NCBI GenBank assembly: GCA_034437795.1
Contig: DAOTTI010000189.1
Coordinates: 16,479-80,478, forward strand
From: Chloroflexota bacterium
GTDB taxonomy: Bacteria > Chloroflexota > UBA11872 > UBA12225
Length of the DNA stretch: 64,000 nt
Direction of reading: 5' to 3'
In this document: positions 47,014 through 57,241 of the stretch, one piece after another
Layout of the letters: every line of letters starts with the position of its first letter
How positions within the stretch are numbered: position 1 is the stretch's first letter
Translations under genes and position numbers: made by a program
Notes under the pieces: model-generated
Seen by the model: only the letters and a program-made list of their open reading frames with translations
Databases searched by the model: none
Told to the model about the DNA's origin: nothing

Positions 47014-48657
47014 TCACTCGTGGCCCTCGTTCCTCGCCAGTCGCTCCTCGCTCCGCGCTCCTTCTCCTCGCCCCGGCTGCTTGGTCACGAAGGGATGGTT
47101 GGGCGTTTGCAGGTGCTCCCGTAGCCACGGCCGCTTCTCGGCGGGCAGGCCCCCGCGCGGCCCGATCAGGTAGCGGGCGGCCCCCCACATCAGCTGCGTG
47201 TATGGATCATAGTGCTCAAACATTAACGCCCACAGCGCGTCGCGCAGGTCCTGCGCCACCTCGGCGTACGCCGGCTCATCGATCACGTTGCGCACCTCGC
47301 CCGGATCGGCCTCTAGGTCGTACAGTTCATCCCAGTCGAAGCCGTTGAAGACGTACTTGTAGCGCTGGCCAATGGCGATGCGCTGGGTGTAGAGCAGCTC
47401 GCAGCCGTAGTAGCAGTTGAGCCGGTAGGCCGGCCAGTCCGCTTCGGCCGCCTCGGGGCGCATCATCAGGGGCAGCAGGTCGCGACCGTCGGCGTGGGGC
47501 AGCGCCGGCGCCCCCGCCACGGCGGTGAAGGTATGCGCCAGGTCCTGTAGCTGGACCAGCGCGTGCGTTCGGCTCCGCGCCGGGATCACGCCCGGCCAGC
47601 GCGCCACCAGCGGGATGCGGATCGTCTCCTCGTAGGGCGTCCAGCCCTTGACCATACAGCGGTGGGCGCCCACGTTGTCCCCGTGGTCGGCGGTGAAGAC
47701 GGTCAGGGTGTTGTTCACCTGGCCCACCTCCCTGAGCGCATCAAGGACGATCCCCACCGCCGCATCCACCTGCTGGCAGTAGGCGTAGAAGTGGCGCAGC
47801 ACCTCCCGCACGTCTTCGGGCGACAGTTCCTGCCACAGGCTGGCCTCGCGCGCCAGGAGCCGCGGCTTGTTCTGAAAGGTTTCCTCCAGGTAGTTCCTGG
47901 GGATTTCCACATCCTCCGGCCGGTACTGCGCCAGGAACGTCAGCAGGGGCTTATAGGGGTCGTGGGGCTCGGGGAAGTGCACCTCAATGTGCCAGGGGCG
48001 GCCGGACGCGGCGTACTCGCGGATCAGCTGCGCCGCCGTGGTGGCAATGTGGTACTCCTGCGTCGCCTCGAACTCCCCGTCGATCTCCAGCCACAGGGTG
48101 TGCGTGTCGCCCCCGGGCCAGGTGACCGACCGGCGCCGGACCACCTCGTAGCGCCGGCGGGTGTCGCGAATGGTCGGGCCATAGCCGTCCACCCGGTTGC
48201 GCCGCGCCGCCTCCGGGGTGAGCGTAACCTGGACCGGCGCGCGGTACTCGTGGTAGCCGAAGTCCAGCGGGCCCCGCAGGCGGCTGGCGTGCCACTTGCC
48301 CACATAGCCCAGGCGGTACCCCACCTGGCGCAGGCGCTGAGAGAAGGTCTCGACGTCCGGCGCCAGATCGGGATTGAGCGACATCGGTACGTGCACCTGG
48401 TGGTAGACGCCGTTGTGCCAGGGGTAGGCCCCGGTGAGCAGGGCGGCGCGGGCGGGGCAGCAGATCGGCACCGGCGTGGAGGCGCGCTCACAGCAGAGGC
48501 CCTCCGCTACCAGCGCGTGCACGTGAGGCGTGCGGCACACCGACCGACCGGCAATCGTGTCCCAACGCATGTGGTCGCCGGTGATCAGCAGGATGTTCGG
48601 TGGCCCCGGTGGGGCAGGCGGGCCGTTCAGGCCCGACCGGTCAGCGTGGGTAGTCAT
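47014..48657 (-). CDS. Sulfatase (canonical Cys-type; CCPAR FGly motif).
   Basis: NILLITGDHMRWD N-terminus, and PICCPARAALLTG signature. Confidence 0.85.
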   Translation of the reverse strand: MTTHADRSGLNGPPAPPGPPNILLITGDHMRWDTIAGRSVCRTPHVHALVAEGLCCERASTPVPICCPARAALLTGAYPWHNGVYHQVHVPMSLNPDLAPDVETFSQRLRQVGYRLGYVGKWHASRLRGPLDFGYHEYRAPVQVTLTPEAARRNRVDGYGPTIRDTRRRYEVVRRRSVTWPGGDTHTLWLEIDGEFEATQEYHIATTAAQLIREYAASGRPWHIEVHFPEPHDPYKPLLTFLAQYRPEDVEIPRNYLEETFQNKPRLLAREASLWQELSPEDVREVLRHFYAYCQQVDAAVGIVLDALREVGQVNNTLTVFTADHGDNVGAHRCMVKGWTPYEETIRIPLVARWPGVIPARSRTHALVQLQDLAHTFTAVAGAPALPHADGRDLLPLMMRPEAAEADWPAYRLNCYYGCELLYTQRIAIGQRYKYVFNGFDWDELYDLEADPGEVRNVIDEPAYAEVAQDLRDALWALMFEHYDPYTQLMWGAARYLIGPRGGLPAEKRPWLREHLQTPNHPFVTKQPGRGEGARSEERLARNEGHE

Positions 48658-48788
48658 CAGTCTCCTCTCTGCCTGTGCAGCTTGCCGTAGCCACTGGCAT
48701 GGCCAGACGTTTGGTGCCCCTTTCGCCTGCGGGTACCGGCGTCAGATGACGGCTGGCCGCGCACGCTGCTGAGCCCAGCGGCGCGGCG

Positions 48789-49460
48789 CTACGCCCGGCC
48801 ATCAGGCGGGCGTCCGTCGGTCTGACCGTGGCTCTCGACGTCGCCGTCCCAGCCCAGCCACCGGACAAACTCGGTGTGGGGGCGCCTCGGTTTCTCCGGC
48901 AGCGTCGCCTGCGGATCGGGGTACCCCACATAGATGAAGCCGACGAGCTGCGCCTCCGGCGGCAGGCCCAGGAAGCGCTTGGCGTGCTGCGACTCTGTGC
49001 CGTTGGAGCGCCAGTAGGCGGCCAGGCCCATGGCATGGGCGGCGATGAGGATGCTCTGCATCGCGGCCGCGGTAGCCGCCAGATCCTCCCAGGGTGGCAC
49101 GTGCGGGTGAGCCCCCGGGACGGCCGCCACAACGATCACGACGGGCGCCCGCGTGAAGGAGAGCGGGACATGCTTGCGGCGCTGCGCCTCGGCCTCAGGG
49201 GTGGGCGCCGGCCAGCGCCGCAAGCCCTCGTCCATGATCACCTCACCCAGGCGCAGGCGCGCCTCACCCCGCAGGACGAAGAAGCGCCACGGCTGCGTCA
49301 GGTAGTGGTTGGGGGCATGAGTGGCCGCCTCCAGTAGCGTGTCAATCACCGCCCGGGGCGGCTCCCTGTCCGGCAGCACGTGCGGCTGGCTGCGGCGGGT
49401 GCGGATGACGTGCAGGACGGTTTCGGCGACCGTGGCGGGAAGGGCAGGTAGGGTCGTCAT
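48789..49460 (-). CDS. Nitroreductase-family protein.
   Basis: TRRS...P and RSQP-like FMN-binding N-terminus, with a nitroreductase fold. ATG at 49460. Confidence 0.7.
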   Translation of the reverse strand: MTTLPALPATVAETVLHVIRTRRSQPHVLPDREPPRAVIDTLLEAATHAPNHYLTQPWRFFVLRGEARLRLGEVIMDEGLRRWPAPTPEAEAQRRKHVPLSFTRAPVVIVVAAVPGAHPHVPPWEDLAATAAAMQSILIAAHAMGLAAYWRSNGTESQHAKRFLGLPPEAQLVGFIYVGYPDPQATLPEKPRRPHTEFVRWLGWDGDVESHGQTDGRPPDGRA

Positions 49461-49479
49461 AGGCAAGAAGACACGCACG

Positions 49480-49496
49480 GATTGTATACGATCGAC
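49480..49496. promoter_or_regulatory. Palindromic motif copy 2 (gattgtatacgatcgac), ending 20 nt upstream of the nitroreductase start on the minus strand.
   Basis: Direct reading. Confidence 0.45.
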
Positions 49497-49700
49497 GTCT
49501 CGTCGGGCGCCGCACCGGTCGAGCTGCATCCCCTGCTGCCAAGTGCCGGCATGACGCCGCCCAATGGCCCTCCCTCGGCCCCGGCCGCTCCGGCACGGTC
49601 CGCTGCAGCCACTCGCCGCGGCGGACTGCCCACGCGCCCCCACCGCTCGCTGGCCCGCCGCTCCGGTACTACCCGTTGCACTCTTGTGTCGCGGCGGCGC

Positions 49701-49716
49701 ATTGTATACCATCGAC
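49701..49716. promoter_or_regulatory. Palindromic motif copy 3 (attgtataccatcgac), in the nitroreductase / SBP divergent region.
   Basis: Direct reading. Confidence 0.45.
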
Positions 49717-49855
49717 GATGTGGCTGGCCTCGCGCGCCTCCGCACCGGCCGGCATACGGCACATGTGCGATAAGCGCCAGACCGGCGGGCCAGCCGTACC
49801 CTCTACCGCTCTACTGGCAACGATGAAGAGCGATCATGGCAACGGGAGGTACACC

Positions 49856-51208
49856 ATGGGACAGCCAGTCGTACAGCGCACCAGGCGGGCGCTGCTTGGC
49901 GAGGGCGCTCTCCTTCTCGGGGCGGCCCTGGTCGCCTGCGTCCCGGGCCAGGCCGGCCCGGCCAGGAAGGAGCCGGAAGGGGCCGCCACCATCAACATCC
50001 TGTACGGGGGCGGCGGCCAGGAGGTGCAGGATCTCTACGACCGTACCGCCTTCGCCACCTTCAAGCGCCGCTTCCCCGGCTCCACCATCAATCTGGACAG
50101 CAGCGGCAACCCGCTCTCCAAGGTGCTCACCCTGCACGCCGCCGGCAGCGCGCCGGACATCATCCAGGGTGGCGATACCTGGACGATCGACGTGGCGCGC
50201 CTCGGTCTCGGCATCCCCCTCGATCCGTACGTCAAGGGCTGGGATGCGCGCGCCGACTTCGTCAAGTCGTCCTGGGACTCGGGGCAGGAGGCCGGCAAGC
50301 AGTGGGGCGTGCCCCTCTTCGTTACGGCGCGTATCGTCTATCTCCGTAAGGGCGTGCTGGCCGAAGTCGGCGTCGCCAGGACCCCGGAGACCTGGGAGGA
50401 TCTGGTGGATACGGCCAGGCGCTCCACCAAGGTGGACAACGACCGCGTGGTACGTCAGGGGCTCACGCCCCCAGGCGGGGGCGACGCCTGGTGGTGGTGG
50501 TTCTGGCTCCTGCAAACGACCGGCGCCACGCTGTTCAAGGACGGCAAGGCCGGCTTCACCGCGGGAGAAGGGGAGACCACCTTGCAATTCATGAAGGACC
50601 TGCAGTCGGCGATCCTGCCCCGAGGCGCAGAGCCGTTACCCGGCGATAGCGCGGCCAACTTCACCAGCGGTACCATCGCCCACGCCTGGCTACACCTCGC
50701 CCCCTATCAGAACATCCAGAGGTCGAACCCCAAGGATTACCAGGAGATGGTGATCAGCACGCCCCAGGTGCCGGGGAACGTCGCCTACCGGCTGCCGGGC
50801 GGGCGCAAGGTCCCGCCGCTGACCTTCGTGGACAACGCGCTGCTGTTCATTAGCGCCCAGTCCAGGTATCCGGACCACGCCTGGGAATTGACCAAGCTCC
50901 TGCTGGAGCCGGAGACGCTGCTGGAATTCGAGCGCCTGCGCGGGCGCCTGCCGCCCCGCCGGTCCATCTTCGGCCAGGGCTGGATGAAGGATGAGAAGAT
51001 CCAGCAGATCGCCAGGGTCTATGAGAAGACCGGCCGCGCGCGCTTCAACCCGCCCAACTTCGACGGCGTGACCCGTATCGTCAACGAGGTCGTCTGGAGT
51101 GTGGTGCGAGATCAGAAGGTCTCGGTGCGCGACGGGGTGCTGGCCATGGCGCGCGACCTGGAGCAGCTCGCGCGTGAGGTCGCTTATACCGGCACGACCC
51201 GATGGTGA
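49856..51208 (+). CDS. ABC transporter substrate-binding protein (family 1).
   Basis: ATG 49856, preceded by GGGAGG. MalE-like motifs. Confidence 0.85.
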   Translation: MGQPVVQRTRRALLGEGALLLGAALVACVPGQAGPARKEPEGAATINILYGGGGQEVQDLYDRTAFATFKRRFPGSTINLDSSGNPLSKVLTLHAAGSAPDIIQGGDTWTIDVARLGLGIPLDPYVKGWDARADFVKSSWDSGQEAGKQWGVPLFVTARIVYLRKGVLAEVGVARTPETWEDLVDTARRSTKVDNDRVVRQGLTPPGGGDAWWWWFWLLQTTGATLFKDGKAGFTAGEGETTLQFMKDLQSAILPRGAEPLPGDSAANFTSGTIAHAWLHLAPYQNIQRSNPKDYQEMVISTPQVPGNVAYRLPGGRKVPPLTFVDNALLFISAQSRYPDHAWELTKLLLEPETLLEFERLRGRLPPRRSIFGQGWMKDEKIQQIARVYEKTGRARFNPPNFDGVTRIVNEVVWSVVRDQKVSVRDGVLAMARDLEQLAREVAYTGTTRW

Positions 51209-51465
51209 GACGGGGCGACCGGTGCGCCGCCGCGGTGGCCGGCGCGGCTCGCACGGAGCGCTCCGGACACTCCTCCAGCGTGAGGCGCGGCGGCCCATGA
51301 ACCGGCGGGGGATCCCGGCCAGGCACGTCCGCTTTCGTGACGTGGGCGGCCAGAAGTCCTGTATCACCGTTGCTCGCGGTGAGGTGGCAAAGGACTGCGG
51401 GCCGCTGCTGTAGCACCACCCCGCGCGGCAACGTGAAACCGAACACGTCTGAGGGAAGGAGAGCC

Positions 51466-52683
51466 ATGAGCCAGCAGGACGCAGCCATGGCCGTGCCGGC
51501 GGTACCGCTGGTGGCCTTTGATCCCGCCTCGATCCCCGACGTCACCATCCGGCGCATCACGCGCATCCGCCTCACGGCCGTGCGCCCGCGGGAGGTGGGG
51601 CGCGTGCACCGCTCCACCTATAACCCCCAGGTGCGCGTCTGCTGGGAGGAGCCGTTCAACCTGGTAGAGACGGACAGCGGGTTCCACCCCATCGGCTGGT
51701 GCCGCGCGCCGGACGAGCAGATGCGCCGGCTGATCGGCAAGTCGCTGCGCACGCTGTTCGGGCCAGATGGTCTGGTGCGCCCGGCGTACCGCTTCGCTGG
51801 CATGCTGCTCTGGGAGGTGCTGGGCCAGGCCCTGGGACAGCCGGTGTACGTCTTGCTCGGCGCCCGCGGCCCGGCCGACGTGCTGACCTACGACAGCTCC
51901 ATCTACCCGTCGGACATGAACGCCGCCGACCCGGCCGCCGGCGACCGCTACCTGATCGATAGCCTCCGCTCTGGCCTGAGCCAGGGACACAAGCACTTCA
52001 AACTCAAGATCGGGCGCGGGGGCCGCTACCCCGACCTCGTCACTCGTGAAGCCGGCCTGGCGCGGGACATCCATATCACGTGGCACGCCCGCGAGTACCT
52101 TGGCCCCGACAGTGCCATTCTGGTAGACGCCAATAACGAATACACACTGGAGGAAGCCCAGCGCTACCTCACCGAGGTAGCCGGCGCGCGGATCGGCTGG
52201 ATCGAGGAGCCGTTCCCGGAGAGCATGGAGCAGACCGGCGCGCTCAAGCACTTCATTCTGGAGCGCGGGCTGGATGTGGCCATTGCCGACGGCGAAGGAG
52301 GCTGGGCGGAGCGCCCGGCTGAGAGCGCGGCGCTGCTCGAACAGCTCGTCACCGCACGGGTCCTGGACGTGGTGCAGCGTCCCCTGCGCGCCTACGGCTT
52401 CAACGAGTGGCTGGAATTGCTGCCTCTGCTGGCCCGCTCCGGCGCCAGGGCGGCACCGCACAACTGGGGCGGCTACGTCGTGCAGTTCCACGCGGCCCAC
52501 CTGGCGCGGGGCACGGGCCTGTGCACGTACCTGGAAACGGACATCATGGTCAACCCCGACGTCGACGCCACCGGCTTTGTCCGCCGCAACGGTCTCCTGA
52601 GCGTGCCCGACACCCCCGGCTTCGGCTGGCGCATCGACCCGGATCTGTTCAAATGGAAGGAGCCGGTCGGCGTGTGGGACTAG
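51466..52683 (+). CDS. Enolase-superfamily enzyme (MR/MLE family), third copy in the window.
   Basis: ATG 51466 with a GGAAGGAG RBS. Barrel KxK/D/E/D-type residues (KHFKLKIG, DANNEY, EEPFP). Confidence 0.75.
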   Translation: MSQQDAAMAVPAVPLVAFDPASIPDVTIRRITRIRLTAVRPREVGRVHRSTYNPQVRVCWEEPFNLVETDSGFHPIGWCRAPDEQMRRLIGKSLRTLFGPDGLVRPAYRFAGMLLWEVLGQALGQPVYVLLGARGPADVLTYDSSIYPSDMNAADPAAGDRYLIDSLRSGLSQGHKHFKLKIGRGGRYPDLVTREAGLARDIHITWHAREYLGPDSAILVDANNEYTLEEAQRYLTEVAGARIGWIEEPFPESMEQTGALKHFILERGLDVAIADGEGGWAERPAESAALLEQLVTARVLDVVQRPLRAYGFNEWLELLPLLARSGARAAPHNWGGYVVQFHAAHLARGTGLCTYLETDIMVNPDVDATGFVRRNGLLSVPDTPGFGWRIDPDLFKWKEPVGVWD

Positions 52684-52712
52684 CGCGGACTGTTCACAGC
52701 CGGCGAGCGGTT

Positions 52713-52872
52713 CCTTCTCCCTCTGGGAGAGGGGTAGGGTCCAGTGCAGCCGGCTCTGCTGTGCCAGCAGGCTCCCTCTTCCACAGGGAGAGGGGTAGGG
52801 GCCTCAGGGCGGGGCAGACCTGGCGCGGTCCACTTTCTCTCCCAGGGGGGAGAGGGCTCAGGTAAGGGCTCT
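52713..52872. repeat. REP-like hairpin repeat cluster (three units: ccttctccctctgggagaggggtaggg; ctccctcttccacagggagaggggtaggg; ctttctctcccaggggggagagggctcaggtaaggg).
   Basis: Direct reading. Confidence 0.7.
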
Positions 52873-52953
52873 GCTGTAAATAGTCCGGGCCGGATGGGCT
52901 GGTGGCGTGGACGGGCACGGACGGAGGTTGACGGGAGTCAAGGAGAGAGCATC

Positions 52954-54258
52954 ATGAAGCGAACCGACGGCATCCTGCGCATTGGCGTGCTCGGCTGCGG
53001 ACGGATCTTCAACAGCGCCCATCGCTTCGCCTACGTGCGCACCCTGGGGCTGGGCCATCTGGTGGCGTTCTATGACCCCAACACCGAACGAGCCGAGCGG
53101 ACGTGTGCCCAGTTCCGCACCATGCTGGAGGAGGTCCTGCAGGACGGCTCACTGGCGCCGGCGCAACGGGCGGCCGCCGAGCAAAACCTGAAGGAGCTGC
53201 ACGTCTACCCCAGCAGCGCGGCGCTCCTGGAGGCCGTGGACATCGTGGACGTGTGCACCACGCCCCTGGCGCGGCTCGGCTGCGTCGTTGAAGCAGCGCA
53301 GGCGGGAGTCCACGCCATGGTGGAGAAGCCGAGCGCGCGCACCTGGCTGGAAGCAGAGCGGATGCGCGAGGTCACCGAGCGCTACGGCGTGCTCTTCCAG
53401 CTCAACGACGACAATCTCTGGGACACGCGCTATGGCCAGGTGCGCCGCCTGCTGGAGAGCGGCGCCATCGGCGCGGTGCAGACGATCTGGCTCACCCGCG
53501 GCTCGCAGCCGAACGCCACCACGGTGCTCAAGTGGCAGGCGGACGCCCGCGTCGCCGGCGGCGGGGCGGTGATGGATTACGGCTCGCACGGGATCGCCAC
53601 AGTCTGGTATCTGCTGGGGATGGAAGCGTGCGCCCGCCCCGTGCGCGTGGAGAGCCTGGGGATGGCCGTGCGCCAGCGTCAGCGCACGCTGGAAGGCGAT
53701 CCGGTGGAGATCCAGGTGGAGGACGACGCCCACCTCAAGATCCTGTTTGAGCATCCACAGACCGGCGCCTGGACCACTGTGTTCCTGGAGGCGTCCTGGT
53801 CGGGGAACGAGCTGGGCTGCGTCGAGCACCCGTACAACCAGTGGCTCCGCATCGAAGGAAGCCAGGGCATCCTCACCAGCTTCCGAGACGCGAGCGGTAA
53901 CGAGTTCTTCCGCGTCCAGCATTGGGCCCACTCCGCCATTCCGGAGCGGGCGGTCGGGAAGCAGGAAGTCTACGCGGTTGAGAAGGACGATCGCGCCAAG
54001 GCCAACTTCGACCGCGGCATCACGGACTTCATCACCCGCGTCTTGCGGCGCCAGCCGCCGCTCGCCGGCGCCGCCTTCGCCGCCGACGTGATCGCCACGG
54101 CCGGGGCGGCCTACCTGAGCAACCTGCGGGGCGGCCGTGCCGTCACGCTGGATGAATTCAAGGCCTACGCGCTGGACCTACGGGCGCGGTGCGCCGACGA
54201 GCGCGCTGCGGAGGAGGTGCTGATCAGCGAGCTCATGGCGCCGTTCCGGACCAGCTAA
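52954..54258 (+). CDS. Gfo/Idh/MocA-family oxidoreductase (second copy).
   Basis: ATG 52954 with an AAGGAGAGAG RBS. LRIGVLGCGRI Rossmann motif, and EKP region. Confidence 0.85.
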   Translation: MKRTDGILRIGVLGCGRIFNSAHRFAYVRTLGLGHLVAFYDPNTERAERTCAQFRTMLEEVLQDGSLAPAQRAAAEQNLKELHVYPSSAALLEAVDIVDVCTTPLARLGCVVEAAQAGVHAMVEKPSARTWLEAERMREVTERYGVLFQLNDDNLWDTRYGQVRRLLESGAIGAVQTIWLTRGSQPNATTVLKWQADARVAGGGAVMDYGSHGIATVWYLLGMEACARPVRVESLGMAVRQRQRTLEGDPVEIQVEDDAHLKILFEHPQTGAWTTVFLEASWSGNELGCVEHPYNQWLRIEGSQGILTSFRDASGNEFFRVQHWAHSAIPERAVGKQEVYAVEKDDRAKANFDRGITDFITRVLRRQPPLAGAAFAADVIATAGAAYLSNLRGGRAVTLDEFKAYALDLRARCADERAAEEVLISELMAPFRTS

Positions 54259-54459
54259 GCCAGGTTCACAGCGCAACGTTCACGGCGCAACGCAAGGAAG
54301 CCAGCCGGCGCCGGCCCGGCTGCGGAAAGCGATCCGGCCTGCGTCCGCCCCTACTGCACCTGTCGCGCGGTGTCGGCACGCTGCCATCTGCCGGCCCTGA
54401 GGAGCGCCCTTGAGGAGCGCCGTAGCGCCTGAGGACGAGGAATGAACGAGGAGCAACCG

Positions 54460-55398
54460 ATGAAAGTTGGGCTGTACACCATCAGTCTTTCCGGCGGCTA
54501 CTACGATGGCCCGCCGGTGCCGCTGCTGGAGATCATCCGGCAGGCACGGGACTGGGGCTACGAGGGCATCGAGCTCGAGGCCAAACGTCCCCACGGCAAC
54601 CCGATGGACCTCGACGAGCGCCAGCGCCGCGAGATCGTCCAGGAAGCGCGGCAGGCGGGGGTCGAGCTCTGCGCCGTGGCCTCCTATAACGACTTCTCCA
54701 GCCCCATCGAAGAGCACCGCCAGAACGAGCTGCTGATGGTGCGCGAGCAGATCCGGCTGGCCGCCGACCTCGGCGCGCCGCTGCTACGCGTCTTTGCCGC
54801 CTGGTCGGGGGTGACGCGACGGGACGGCAAGATCACGTATGACCTGGCCCGTTACAACATCGATCACCGCTTCCCCGGCACGACCCAGCTGGAGCGCTGG
54901 ACCTTCGTGCGTGACACGCTGGCCGAGGCCTGCCGGATCGCCGAGGCGCACGGGATCACGCTGGCGCTGCAAAATCACGAGCCGATCATCCACAGCCACG
55001 AGGACGTGCTGGACTTCATCGACGAGATCGGTTCCCCAGCGCTCAAGGTCTGCCTCGACTTTCCCATCATGAAGGATAAGTCCGACGAAGCCGTGCGCCG
55101 CGCAGTGCGCGAGGTCGGGCCGCTGATGGTGCATTCCCACTTCGGCGGCGAGTACGACGAGAGTCCGGACGGGCCGGGTGGCGTTCCCGTGCCGCGCCGC
55201 GTGGGGCGTCGCGGGCCGCCGCCGGCCAGCTATGCCACCTTCTTAGGTGAGATCAAGGCCCAGGGCTACCGTGGGTACCTCTGCTATGAGCTATGCCACC
55301 CCTGCCTGATCGGCCACCGGCACTTCGGCCTGGATGAGGCGTTCAACCAGGTCCGACGCGCCGCCCGCTTCATGCGCCATGCCATCGACCTCCCCTAG
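54460..55398 (+). CDS. Sugar phosphate isomerase/epimerase (xylose-isomerase-like TIM barrel).
   Basis: MKVGLYT start, a WGYEGIELE motif, and metal-binding His/Glu/Asp pattern. Contains a Pro/Arg-rich insertion. Confidence 0.75.
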   Translation: MKVGLYTISLSGGYYDGPPVPLLEIIRQARDWGYEGIELEAKRPHGNPMDLDERQRREIVQEARQAGVELCAVASYNDFSSPIEEHRQNELLMVREQIRLAADLGAPLLRVFAAWSGVTRRDGKITYDLARYNIDHRFPGTTQLERWTFVRDTLAEACRIAEAHGITLALQNHEPIIHSHEDVLDFIDEIGSPALKVCLDFPIMKDKSDEAVRRAVREVGPLMVHSHFGGEYDESPDGPGGVPVPRRVGRRGPPPASYATFLGEIKAQGYRGYLCYELCHPCLIGHRHFGLDEAFNQVRRAARFMRHAIDLP

Positions 55399-55788
55399 TT
55401 GCATAGGCGCTCGCCATCTCCGTCTCCGGCGCGGCGCCACGCGGCAGCAGCTCGAAGATGTCGAAACCGTGTGCCCCCAGCGACAGCCGCAGCGTCGGGC
55501 CATCAAGCCGTCTCGTCTCGCCGGGGACGTCGCGGATGTCAATGTGCAGCTAGCTGGATGCCGTCATCCTTGAAGCGGTCATCACGCCTCGCCGTCCCTG
55601 CGCCGGCGGACGAGGGCCGGCCGATGGATCTGCTCCAGCCGCCACCGGTCGGATACGCCCTTGGAACTCCCTGCGCCGGTGGACGAGGGCCGGCCGATGG
55701 ATCCCCGCTGCTGGAGCCAGCCGGCTTTCCCATCCTCAGGCGCCGCCGTTGCCGCTGCGCATCGCGGATCCCTTGACACTCATGTGCA

Positions 55789-55805
55789 GATGATATACCG
55801 TAGAC
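55789..55805. promoter_or_regulatory. Palindromic motif copy 4 (gatgatataccgtagac), 70 nt upstream of the SBP gene.
   Basis: Direct reading. Confidence 0.4.
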
Positions 55806-55873
55806 GACAGGCAACGATGCCATGGCGGCCAGGTGGCCGCGTCACCACAGCAAGCGTGAGGAGGGGAAGTGCC

Positions 55874-57241
55874 ATGACCCGTACCCCGACCACCAGGCGC
55901 GCCCTGATCAGCGGCGCCGTACTCCTGAGTAGCGGGCTGGCCGCCGCCTGTGGCCAGTTCGGCCAGCGGGAAGTGACCCCGCCGACCGCCCGGCGGACAC
56001 CTACCCCGCTCCTGGCCTGGGTGGGGCCGCCGGTGGACACGATCGGCCCCGGCGCAGACTTCTGGAAGACCACGGAGGCCCTGCTCAGGACCGAGCACCC
56101 CGAGATCCTGCTGGATCGTAACCGGCCGGCGATCCCCGAAAACCAGACCTTCGACGACATGCTGATCGCCAACTTTGCCGCCGGCAGTGGCCCCGACGTC
56201 TGGGAGGGGGACGTCACGCCCTGGCGCCAGGAAGTGAAGGTCAAGCTGGGCATCCCTCTCGCCCTGGAGAGCTACTACGCGCGCCTGCCTAACCTCAAGA
56301 GGATCTTCGGCTGGATGAAGGAGCAGGCCCGCATCCAGGGCAAGCTCTACGGCGTGCCCCACGAGGTGGAGTTCATTGCCGTCTTCTACAACAAGCGCGT
56401 GTTCGCCGCGGCCAACGTCAAGCCGGGCAGGACCTGGGAGGAGTTCCTCAAGACGGGCGAGACCCTCAAGGCCCAAGGTATCCAACCGCTCAACCAGCGG
56501 GCAGCGCCGAACATGGGGCACCTCTGGAGCCTGACCCTGGCAGCCATCGCCGGCCGGCAAGGGGTCGACGACATTGTGGCTGGCAAGGCGCGGTGGGACG
56601 GCACCGCCCCGGTGCTGGCCGGCGAAACGCTGGTCGATCTGCAACGGCGGGGGATCCTGCCCCGCTATGCAAGCATCGTGGGCAACCAGCCGTTCGCCGA
56701 GTTCCCGATGGGCGATTCGTTCTTCGAGGGCAAGGTCGCCCAGTGGGTTACCGGCACCTGGAGCATCGCCGGTTTCGAGAAGCAGAAAGTGGACAGAGGG
56801 GGGCTCTTCGACTACGATTTTTATGCCTTGCCCTCGCCCAACAATAGCCGCAAGCCCGAACTCGCGGGCAGCGCTGGCGGTGGCTTCTCGATCTGGGCCA
56901 AGAGTAAGGTCCCCGACGTGGCAGCCACGTTCATCGACTGGCTCTACAGCCCGCCGGTGCAGCGGGCCTGGATCGAGATCCTGTTCCAGGTGCCCCCGGT
57001 CCCCTTCAAGATTGAGGACTACAAGCTCTCTGACGGTGAACGGCGGGCGCTGGCACTGATCCACGACTACGAGAAGCTGGGGTTCGGCTGGAACGTGGAC
57101 GTGATCATGCCGGTGGAGATGCACCGCGAGTTCTGGCCCCTGCTGAGCGAGGTAATGCTCGGGAAGAAGACGCCGCGGGAGATGATGACGCGCCTCCAGC
57201 AGCTCTGGGAGACGGAGCAGGCCAAGCTCAAGGCGCGCTAA
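55874..57241 (+). CDS. ABC transporter substrate-binding protein (family 1), lipoprotein signal.
   Basis: ATG 55874 (MTRTPTTRRALISGAVLLSSGLAAAC). Confidence 0.85.
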   Translation: MTRTPTTRRALISGAVLLSSGLAAACGQFGQREVTPPTARRTPTPLLAWVGPPVDTIGPGADFWKTTEALLRTEHPEILLDRNRPAIPENQTFDDMLIANFAAGSGPDVWEGDVTPWRQEVKVKLGIPLALESYYARLPNLKRIFGWMKEQARIQGKLYGVPHEVEFIAVFYNKRVFAAANVKPGRTWEEFLKTGETLKAQGIQPLNQRAAPNMGHLWSLTLAAIAGRQGVDDIVAGKARWDGTAPVLAGETLVDLQRRGILPRYASIVGNQPFAEFPMGDSFFEGKVAQWVTGTWSIAGFEKQKVDRGGLFDYDFYALPSPNNSRKPELAGSAGGGFSIWAKSKVPDVAATFIDWLYSPPVQRAWIEILFQVPPVPFKIEDYKLSDGERRALALIHDYEKLGFGWNVDVIMPVEMHREFWPLLSEVMLGKKTPREMMTRLQQLWETEQAKLKAR

